Below are positions 20,541 to 28,799 of a DNA stretch of 64,000 nt, piece after piece; position 1 is the first letter of the stretch; each line of letters starts with the position of its first letter. A program made the translations under genes and the position numbers. The stretch comes from Rubripirellula sp. (GTDB taxonomy: Bacteria; Planctomycetota; Planctomycetia; Pirellulales; Pirellulaceae): the NCBI GenBank assembly GCA_965216875.1, contig OZ244207.1:992001-1056000 (forward strand), read 5' to 3'. Under the pieces are notes generated by a model. That model saw nothing but the letters and a program-made list of their open reading frames with translations. It made no database searches and was not told the origin of the DNA.

Positions 20541-21166
20541 CCCGCGACCGCGCCGCTGCTGCCAACCGGCATCGCCAATAAAGTAGCGATGAATGACTTA
20601 CTCATGTTTACCGGATTCGCCGGTGTCGTAGGGCACCGAGAGCGTTGGCCGCTGACCAGGATCATGCATCCTGCCGTGCCAGGGGCCGCCGATAAAGATG
20701 GTTTCTTGATTCGCCATGCCCATCATCACAGCGTCCGCAACACAGCAGGAAGTGGGGTGACTGCGAGCGGTTGCGAACCGCTCAAGTCCAAGCACACTTA
20801 GCGAAGGCGGCACTGCCTTGTCGTCTTGCACCCAAAACCGTATGCGATGGTGTTGGGTGCTTTTTTACGCGCCGGCGTCAACAAAAAAGCCACGCGACCG
20901 GGCTGAATGATCACGTGGCCACGGACGGGAGTGTGTTGTGTCCGTGGCCAAAATTGTTTCAAGCTTTTCGGCACGATCAATGAGAAACTATAGCACGGAC
21001 GTGACCTGTATGATCGTGCAATGCGTCCGCAGCATTCATGCCAGCGTTTCGAGGTGGTTCGAAGTGTCTCATTTGACGATGCGTCTATCCGCAAAAGTCG
21101 AATGAGTTTCGATTCGTGACCTATGTTTGAGTGGGCAACTCTCTATCTCGGGCCGAAAAACCTTCC

Positions 21167-21574
21167 ATGAATTCGTTTGCAGTTGAAAGGGCGTATCGTG
21201 AGATCGCCGCCTTTAGTGACGGCATCGATAGGCTTGGGGGGCGAGAGCAGATGATCAAAGCAAGCGATTGCAACCTATTGCTGCGAGTTGCGATTGATGT
21301 CTTTCGGTGGGTCGCACACGCTGACGAATGCCTGCGAAGGGACTTCTACGAAGGTCGCGGGGTCGATGATGACGTCTTGTTTAGTGAAGCCATTGGACAC
21401 CTTTATTGTTCTTGGCTAGTCGTCGCTGATCGCATGGGAGGAGCTATTCTTCGGCACAAACTCAGTCCGCTCAGTAACGAACGCCAGTTCCAAAGCTGCT
21501 ATGCATCAGCCAAGCGATGGGCTGAAACCATGATGGGGAATGAGACCGGTATCACACCGCATACTGACCACTGA
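21167..21574 (+). CDS. Hypothetical protein
   Basis: Open frame with protein-like composition; no family recognised. Confidence 0.45.
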   Translation: MNSFAVERAYREIAAFSDGIDRLGGREQMIKASDCNLLLRVAIDVFRWVAHADECLRRDFYEGRGVDDDVLFSEAIGHLYCSWLVVADRMGGAILRHKLSPLSNERQFQSCYASAKRWAETMMGNETGITPHTDH

Positions 21575-21607
21575 GCAGTCGATCTGGCATCAACTCGAGT
21601 GAACGCA

Positions 21608-22015
21608 TCACACGACAACGCCCGGTGCCTCTTTCGGGTATCCAGTGAATTCTCTCAGCGACGCTTCGGAGGCCGCTGCGTAGTAGTGATTCCCCAACGG
21701 TGTGAACCAAGTCATAACGTAAACCGTTCCATTACTAAACGCCAAGGAACGCTCCTTGTCCGACGCCCACTTTACAGGCGTGCCTTGCTGGATGAGATAA
21801 GCCGCCCATTGCTCTACCGTCATGCCTGATTCCTTGTGTGGGTCACGCGTGACTACAGCACCGGCTTGGTCTGACGATTCAGTGAATGGCACTGTCTGAA
21901 CGACTACTTCGTCGCCGTTGCCCCTCAACTCGTCCGCCAGCGAGGTGGCATCAAATTCGTATTCAAACGCGGCGCGCGCTCTACCGGAAACCAGGACGAC
22001 CCAGACTTCGTTCAT
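21608..22015 (-). CDS. Hypothetical protein (135 aa)
   Basis: ATG with GGGG RBS-like sequence; lies downstream of tandem hairpins C and D. Confidence 0.55.
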   Translation of the reverse strand: MNEVWVVLVSGRARAAFEYEFDATSLADELRGNGDEVVVQTVPFTESSDQAGAVVTRDPHKESGMTVEQWAAYLIQQGTPVKWASDKERSLAFSNGTVYVMTWFTPLGNHYYAAASEASLREFTGYPKEAPGVVV

Positions 22016-22858
22016 GAACTGCCCCGTTCAAGACCATGATCTGACGTGTTTGAAAATGGCCACGTGATCGGGCTGAATGACCACGCAGCTCAGTCAGGCA
22101 CGAAACCAGACGTAGCGTGACAAGAAAAGCCGCACGACCAAGTGGGTGATCGTGCGGCTCCAAGGCGCGAGACCTCTTCGAAGGATCGGATAGCATCAAC
22201 AGCGGCGTTGCCCCTTCGAACGCTAGCGATGGCGGCCGATGCTCCAATGGTTTCTACGCAGCGCGGTGGAAATCAATCAACGCCGATTTTCCGGGATTTT
22301 CTTCCGAGAGAACGGATTTTCGGAATCGCGAATCGAATGAATGTGCCTGCCCAGGCGCGGGGCATGTGCGCCTGAGCAGGCCCGGATAACTGCCATAGGC
22401 AGTCACCTTCACTCGCTCATCGCGGGGCAAGGCGGCAAGCGAGTGTTCGGTCTCTAACCTAATCGATGCCTTTTGCGGCAGTCCGTCCGACACGTGCGGG
22501 GTGCCGCAGGCGCGAGAATCGGCCGCAACGCTTCAGTTCTTTTCCGAGAAGAGAAACACGCGGGGTGTTTGCGAAGTGGAAAGATGCCGCCCAGGGGTGT
22601 TGAGGTAGGTGTCCCTGGGCGGCAAGAGCCCCGATGGGAAATTGGCAATCCCATCGGAATCAGTGGTCGGTAGATAAGGCCGCCGGGGAAAGTGGCGAAC
22701 ATCCCCGGCGGCCCGCACAACAACACGCTGCACCTCCATTACGTAAAATGCAACGCATCGTCTCTTCTCATCGGCAACACCACGCAAGGCAAATATTAAG
22801 ATCCGCAACGGTCCGCAAGAAAGTTGAACGACCGTCGGCCACCGATGACAATCGCAGC

Positions 22859-22960
22859 ATGACTGTTCGAGATGTTGTGTTCGTTCTGGTTGCGTTGACC
22901 GCAATCTTGCTGACGGCCCTTGCGGCGCGATTCATGTATGGCGTGCTCGGTTTCGGTTAG
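22859..22960 (+). CDS. 33-aa single-TM peptide MTVRDVVFVLVALTAILLTALAARFMYGVLGFG
   Basis: Direct translation; strongly hydrophobic; weak RBS. Confidence 0.4.
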   Translation: MTVRDVVFVLVALTAILLTALAARFMYGVLGFG

Positions 22961-23014
22961 TTGCACCGGCCGCAAACAGCAACAAAAAGGGTTGCTCACC
23001 AACGGAGGCACACC

Positions 23015-23119
23015 ATGCCAAACCTGAATCGAATCAGCATTGTCATCTTCTTCGCAATACTAGCTGTGTCGCATTACGTCAGTATCCGCGTAGCCAAGGA
23101 CAACACCTGGCAAGAGTAG
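23015..23119 (+). CDS. 34-aa single-TM peptide MPNLNRISIVIFFAILAVSHYVSIRVAKDNTWQE
   Basis: Strong SD (GGAGG) 6 nt upstream of ATG; hydrophobic core. Confidence 0.55.
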   Translation: MPNLNRISIVIFFAILAVSHYVSIRVAKDNTWQE

Positions 23120-23507
23120 GGTCACCTCAGGTTGTTCGGTAATCGCACGCTATTTTCGGTATTAAGATCCACCTACCTCCTGGGCGGATTCTCAAAATCT
23201 CATCGGAAGTCAAGTGCCACTCGGCCATCGCGATGTTACCCGGGTCAAGCGGGTGTTCGCCCTTCCAGAAGTACCCCCAGCCGTGCAACAAGTGCATCGC
23301 GTTCCCCACCTGGGTTTCCCCGTGCCCCGCAAAGTCAGTTCGCATTGAATCGGTCGTATCGCTCATCCGGGATTGGCCATAAAGGTTTCCGAAAGCTGCG
23401 GTTTTTGTGGATTGACATCCAGCTCGACGTTACTACCGAGCAACGCTTGACTGGCTGCAATGTTTCAACACCACCGTGCAGCGACTCACATAACATCGGG
23501 GCAGAGT

Positions 23508-24818
23508 ATGTTCGGGAAGAAAAAAGACTGTGAAGCACCTTCGAAGGAACGATCAGACGCAGAGCTACTGGTAGACGCGTTTGGTCGTTCGCAAGCCATC
23601 ATCGAGTTCAAACCAAGTGGTGAAATACTCAATGCAAATGGCAACTTCTTGGCAGCTGTCGGGTATTCGCTAAATGAGATTCAAGGGCAGCACCACCGCC
23701 TCTTCATGGATCCGTCCGAGGCTTCCAGTACCGAATACAGTAGGTTTTGGCGCGACCTCGCTGCGGGCACCTTCAAATCGGGCGAATTCAAGCGTGTCAC
23801 AAAAGCAGGCAAGAGGATCTGGATCGCAGCCTCCTACAATCCCGTCATTGACGAATCTGGAAGCGTGACCAAGGTCGTGAAAATTGCTTCGGATATCACA
23901 GCAACGAAGCAACGCTCACTGGATCAGCTCGCAGTTCTTGCTGCCGTTGATCGTTCGCAGGCGAGAATTGAGTTCACTCCGGACGGCCACATACTCACGG
24001 CAAACGATAACTTCCTTGGTGCATTGGGTTACTTACTTGACGAAATCGTCGGAGGGCATCACAGGATGTTCTGTGACCGCGACTATGCGCGTTCGAATGA
24101 ATACGAGCAGTTTTGGCATGACCTTGCCAGCGGCAAGCACTTCGCTGGTAGGTTTCGACGGGTGGACAAGAACGGCAAAGATATCTGGATTCAGGCATCA
24201 TACAATCCGGTCATTGATACCGAAGGCAAAGTATCGAAGGTCGTGAAATTCGCGTCCGACATCACCGAGGAAGTTGCTGCCGAGCAACTGCGTACACGCG
24301 ATGCTGCTCAAGTTGCCGAATCTGTTGCGGTGAGCACTAGCGAAGTGACATCTACAATCCAAGAAATAAGTGCAACCATCAGCCGGACGGCATCTATCGC
24401 ACAGAACTCCGAGGCGGCGTCCAAGAATGCAGTTGAGTCGATTAAGCATCTGGAGACTCGTAGTAAGGACATCGGTAAGGTCGTAGACCTAATTCAAGAC
24501 CTTGCTGAGCAAACTAACCTCTTGGCCCTCAACGCAACGATCGAGGCAGCACGTGCTGGCGATGCGGGGCGTGGATTTGCCGTTGTCGCAACCGAGGTGA
24601 AGGAGCTAGCTCAGAAAACAAGTAACGCGACAGGGAGCATCGAAAAGTCCGTGGCGGACATTTGGGAAGGCGTACGAGAATGCACAAGCATGACTGAGCA
24701 AATCGGCGAGTCTGTTGCTGATGTGCGTGGTCAGACGCAAACCATCGCAGCAGCCATCGAAGAGCAAACCGTCACAATGTCTCACTTGAGCGAGATTGCA
24801 TCGCGTCTGAGGTGCTAG
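23508..24818 (+). CDS. Soluble methyl-accepting chemotaxis protein with two PAS domains (BdlA-like)
   Basis: Two PAS-PAC repeats (AIIEF..G.IL.AN.NFL; WI.ASYNPV); QTNLLALNATIEAARAGDAGRGFAVVA.EVK; no TM. Confidence 0.93.
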   Translation: MFGKKKDCEAPSKERSDAELLVDAFGRSQAIIEFKPSGEILNANGNFLAAVGYSLNEIQGQHHRLFMDPSEASSTEYSRFWRDLAAGTFKSGEFKRVTKAGKRIWIAASYNPVIDESGSVTKVVKIASDITATKQRSLDQLAVLAAVDRSQARIEFTPDGHILTANDNFLGALGYLLDEIVGGHHRMFCDRDYARSNEYEQFWHDLASGKHFAGRFRRVDKNGKDIWIQASYNPVIDTEGKVSKVVKFASDITEEVAAEQLRTRDAAQVAESVAVSTSEVTSTIQEISATISRTASIAQNSEAASKNAVESIKHLETRSKDIGKVVDLIQDLAEQTNLLALNATIEAARAGDAGRGFAVVATEVKELAQKTSNATGSIEKSVADIWEGVRECTSMTEQIGESVADVRGQTQTIAAAIEEQTVTMSHLSEIASRLRC

Positions 24819-25549
24819 CCAGGCAAAGGCATTGGAGTCCAATCATGCACGCTTGGATTCCGATCACCAGCTGTCCGGAATGTTGCGAGACAGATTCCCG
24901 CGGGAACCTGCAAATCTCAAAGTCAGGGTGTCTCATAATCATCTACCCGCAGGTTGACGACGATCAGAAAACACGCACGGCACCGTGCTGTTGCTAGGGT
25001 CGCCGGATTTCGCTCACAATCCTCCGGCGGCCTTTCTCTCACGCGGCCACGGGTTATGGCGTGGCTTATTCTCCCCGGTCGGGCTCTTCCGCTCAGGAAA
25101 GCGAATCTCGCAGGGGCTTTGGATCGAGGCCTGCTGGTTGCTTTCGAACGGAGTTCGTATGCTCACGACTTCATCCTGAGAATGAACGACGGTCTCGCTG
25201 TGTCAGTGTAGTTCGCTCCGCCGAATGCAACCAATCGCGAGCCCCATTCTGCTCTGAGGGCGCGAGATCCTGTCGTCATTCAGCGGAGCGAACCGCACTA
25301 AAGGTTGGTCACGGGGCGGCACGAGTGAATCGGTGACTTTGGAAATGCCCAAATAGTCTTGGGGATTCGCTAGGTGCAACCAAGACACATGCACCAACTG
25401 ATTGTCTTGTCCCTTGGTTTGCGAATAGTTTCTAAGAAATCTCCGTTTTTTGAGAAACTTCGCAGCAAGTGGCGGACTTGCGTAATGGGCAAACGCGGGA
25501 TCGCGTCAATCCATGCGTCCACATTCATTACCCCTTCCCATTTCCTTAG

Positions 25550-26092
25550 ATGCCAACAGACGACCAAACGCACGGAAACCTGGTCGCGTTGTTGACGAGA
25601 CACCAGGGTGAGCTAATGGCATTCATACTCTCCGCTATTGGTGACTTCACACACGCTAGCGATATTCTGCAGCGGACGAACCTGAGAATCTGGGAGAACG
25701 CGGGCAAGTTTCGAGAGGAAGGCGCTTTCCTTCCATGGGCGTTTACTATTGCCCGTTTCGAGGTTCTTAGTTTCTATCGAGACAGAAGCAGAGAACGGTC
25801 GCGAGTCGCGTTCCATCCAGATGTCGCCGAACTGCTAATGGACACATCAAACGAGACCCTAGACGTGAATCAAGATCGTGAAGAAGCGCTCGGTAGATGT
25901 TTCAAACGGCTGAGCGAGGGGCAAGTCGACATGTTGCGACTTCGCTATTTTGAGGACCGGTCACTGGCGGTTATCGCCGAGGAAACGGGACGGTCGATCC
26001 AAGGAGTTAAGAACATGTTGCTGCGACTTCGGGAAAAACTCCGAGATTGCATTCGGATTCAATTACAGCAAAACGACCTCGATGCCATGTAG
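25550..26092 (+). CDS. ECF RNA polymerase sigma factor (planctomycete type)
   Basis: DILQRTNLRIW, FLPWAFTIARF, region 4 LRY..SL..IA. Confidence 0.9.
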   Translation: MPTDDQTHGNLVALLTRHQGELMAFILSAIGDFTHASDILQRTNLRIWENAGKFREEGAFLPWAFTIARFEVLSFYRDRSRERSRVAFHPDVAELLMDTSNETLDVNQDREEALGRCFKRLSEGQVDMLRLRYFEDRSLAVIAEETGRSIQGVKNMLLRLREKLRDCIRIQLQQNDLDAM

Positions 26093-26104
26093 AAGAGCTC
26101 GACG

Positions 26105-27817
26105 ATGGCAAATCAGAATAGAGAAGAACGAACGCAAGAGCTTCTGATGCTTGTCATGGCGCGGTCAGCAAGCGACGAAGAACGCAATGAATTGAACGAG
26201 CTACTTCGTGGTGACGATCAGTTGCGTCGCATCGTGGTCGATTCGCTGTCCATTGACGCGATGATCCTGAATCAGTTTCGCATTCGAGAGTCTCCTGACG
26301 CTGCGGATACTGAAGAAGGCAGGCGCGCCGCAGCACTGGGACTAAATGAAGTAGAGCCTCCGGTGCCGTACAGAGGTGCTCTTCTGGTAGCGGCGCTGGT
26401 ATCAGCGACCGTCATCTTTGTCATCGCCTCACTGCTCTTTGAGGGCAGCAGCAACGAAGGGCAAGAGAGTGAGAATCGCCTCGAGGCTCGATTTGAGGGC
26501 GGTTCATCTAGCCGTTCATCGGACGGTCTGGCCATAGGCGCTATAACCTTTACGCTGAATGCGAAGTGGCATCCGAGCAAAACACTCGGTGACGTGATCA
26601 AGAAAGAAGAACTGCACTTAACAGAAGGCGTGGGCAGGATCCACCTTTCAAACGGTGTTGTCCTCGTAGCGGACGCAACCACTCAGCCAGTAAAAATGCG
26701 TTTTAGGGAGGATGACGCATTGGTTGTTATGCAAGGTCGGCTGATAGCCGATGTGCCTGAGGAGGAGCTTGGCTTTACCGTTCTTACTCCAACGGCACAT
26801 GTCGTTGATATAGGAACAAGGTTCGGAGTCGCCGTCGATGCGAATGGTTCGGCGCAAGACGCATCCAGAATCACTGTGTACGAGGGGACAGTCTCGTGCA
26901 GGTCTCTGGCCAAACTGTCGCCCCGAAACCCGAATGAAATGCTGCTTGGGAACGCGTTTGAGTTTCAAAGCGGGAGCCTAAATCCTGGTATGCAGATACA
27001 ACCAGACGAGGCGTCTGACAGGGCGGAAACGATTTTGGATAAGATCGAGCTTCATGAACGAGATTCGGACCTGTGGCTTCACGCTTGTGAAAAGTTTCAG
27101 ATTCCGGTTGGCGATCCTGGTCGATCTGATTTGGGAATAGGTTGGGATGGCCCTTGGTTCCGAGCGGACCCCCGCGTCAGAAACGCGGTCGCGGTCGTTC
27201 GCAGCGGTGAGTTCTTGTCTTCTCTGCCATGGCTAAATCGCGATGATAAAAAGTACCTTGTCGTTCCATCGGCTTCAATTTGCTCGCGTGCGTTTTCCGA
27301 TCCCATAAGCCTGGACCAGAATCGCGATGTCTTCGTCAGTTTCTTTGTTCGGCGCCGTTCCGTCGCATCAGCGGACGAATGGTCTGCCACGAAAAATCCG
27401 ACGTCGGTTGGAGTCGGCTTCCGGGGCTCCGACTCACTTAGCGCGAAACCAGCTGAGTTGACGCACAACAATCTGAAATTCCTGTTCTCGTTAGGAAAAG
27501 ACGAACTCATTGCTGTGGAGTCTAGGGGAAAGCAAGGGGCACCCGGTGGGAAGGGGGCAGCTGGGAAGACTCACTTTGTGGTAATTCAGCTAGGCATCCG
27601 AAGTGACGAGCCCGACTTCATTCGGGCAAAGCTCTTCTCCGAAAACGATACTCCGCAAGTGGTCGCCCCCGAGAACTGGAACTGCACTGCCAAGTCTATT
27701 AACCATTCTGGCTACTTGCGAACGGTCAATCTTTGGTCAAACGAGAACGCAATTGCGGCTTTCGATGACCTAAGAATTGGTGACTCGTGGCAGTCGGTCA
27801 TCCCAATTCGCAATTGA
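26105..27817 (+). CDS. FecR-like anti-sigma factor with periplasmic C-terminal domain
   Basis: Single TM; GFTVLTPTAHVVDIGTRFGVAV; immediately follows the sigma gene. Confidence 0.82.
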   Translation: MANQNREERTQELLMLVMARSASDEERNELNELLRGDDQLRRIVVDSLSIDAMILNQFRIRESPDAADTEEGRRAAALGLNEVEPPVPYRGALLVAALVSATVIFVIASLLFEGSSNEGQESENRLEARFEGGSSSRSSDGLAIGAITFTLNAKWHPSKTLGDVIKKEELHLTEGVGRIHLSNGVVLVADATTQPVKMRFREDDALVVMQGRLIADVPEEELGFTVLTPTAHVVDIGTRFGVAVDANGSAQDASRITVYEGTVSCRSLAKLSPRNPNEMLLGNAFEFQSGSLNPGMQIQPDEASDRAETILDKIELHERDSDLWLHACEKFQIPVGDPGRSDLGIGWDGPWFRADPRVRNAVAVVRSGEFLSSLPWLNRDDKKYLVVPSASICSRAFSDPISLDQNRDVFVSFFVRRRSVASADEWSATKNPTSVGVGFRGSDSLSAKPAELTHNNLKFLFSLGKDELIAVESRGKQGAPGGKGAAGKTHFVVIQLGIRSDEPDFIRAKLFSENDTPQVVAPENWNCTAKSINHSGYLRTVNLWSNENAIAAFDDLRIGDSWQSVIPIRN

Positions 27818-28157
27818 AGTGAGTTTTGCATTTATCGATGCCGATTCTGGCAGCAGGTTCGTGTTCTACCTCTTTTCCCACGCCCTTCCACTTTTCGAGC
27901 GACTCTGCTTAGAGCAGCGGGACCATAGGCTGTTGGCTAGGCGTGATTCCGGACAGCGGATTCGATCGCTCCAGTCAATTGCGCTGTCGTGAACGGTTAC
28001 CGCAGTACTACTGCTCCTATTGCCTCATTAGTTGGCAAACCGCTTATGATGACAACAGGAATTCTCACGCCAGCTTCTCGCAACTTGCCAAGGCATTCGA
28101 TTCCCGATAGACGCGGCATGTCCACCGGGCGATTCCGTTTTCTATGTCTCGTCTAGG

Positions 28158-28410
28158 TTGCTCGACATCCTTGACCGCGACACTGAAGCGGCTGGCATTC
28201 CGAAGGTTGATTCAGAGAGGTACGTGGTTCACGTCCACGCACTACGGCACTCGTTCGGGATGCACCTTTCCCGCGCTGGAGTCGCACCGCGCGTAGCCCA
28301 GGCAGCTATGAGGCATTCGTCGATCGATTTGACGATGAACACGTACACGGATGTTCGCTTGCTCGGGACTGCAGAGGCGGTTGAATCATTACCCTCGTTT
28401 GATGCCGATC
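28158..28410 (+). pseudogene. 5'-truncated tyrosine recombinase/integrase (catalytic C-terminus only)
   Basis: HALRHSF, MRHSSIDLTMNTY (HxxR, H, catalytic Y); first catalytic Arg region absent; abuts tRNA 3' end. Confidence 0.88.
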
Positions 28411-28496
28411 GAACCGTTGCACCAAACCTAGGCCAAGAGGGTCACACAGGGTCACTTTCTGGCAATTTGGACAAGGTTGACGACGCGACAACGCAC

Positions 28497-28535
28497 GAAA
28501 AAACGCCGGATTCCCAAGGAAACACGGCGTTTTTC
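28497..28535 (-). terminator. Bidirectional hairpin terminator downstream of tRNA-Pro
   Basis: AAAAACGCCG...CGGCGTTTTT inverted repeat. Confidence 0.6.
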
Positions 28536-28539
28536 GAAG

Positions 28540-28613
28540 TCGGGCCGACTGGATTTGAACCAGCGATCTCTACACCCCCAGTGTAGCGCGTTACCAGACT
28601 ACGCCACGGCCCG
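28540..28613 (-). tRNA. tRNA-Pro(GGG), CCA not encoded
   Basis: Cloverleaf CGGGCCG/CGGCCCG acceptor, anticodon arm CTACA-CTGGGGG-TGTAG, T-loop GGTTCAAATCC. Confidence 0.96.
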
Positions 28614-28799
28614 TGTTGGTTTTGGAAACGAGTTCCAGCCAACGCGGTAGATGCTACTGCCTCGCGCTGGCTCTGTACAGACGACATCTTTTGGCTGTCA
28701 GAGGTTCGCCCCTGGTCGACGGGAAGCCTGCCTCGGGAGTGCGGAAAAAACGGGGAAAGTCGATTGGCAAGATTGGCGTGAATCGTTTTTTTGAAGCGG

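Larger units (their letters stand above)
17089..28539. mobile_element. Decayed genomic island anchored at tRNA-Pro; left edge uncertain
   Basis: Integrase remnant at the tRNA 3' end, AT-richer genes with AGA/CTA/ATA codons, fragments and micro-ORFs; no att duplication found. Confidence 0.55.

Noticed and set aside
20764..20782. GAGCGG-TTCGCAA-CCGCTC T-arm-like hairpin on the minus strand
   Set aside because: Flanks do not form a cloverleaf.
21148..21156. TCGGGCCGA matching the tRNA-Pro 3' end as a possible att site
   Set aside because: Only 9 bp with no T-arm continuation; expected by chance.
22760..22850. c-di-GMP-I riboswitch suggested by GTTGCCGATG on the minus strand
   Set aside because: The GGCAAA/GAAA P2 arm and tetraloop receptor are absent.
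24820..25540. Possible gene or IS fragment between the MCP and sigma genes
   Set aside because: No frame gave a recognisable protein and no terminal inverted repeats were seen.
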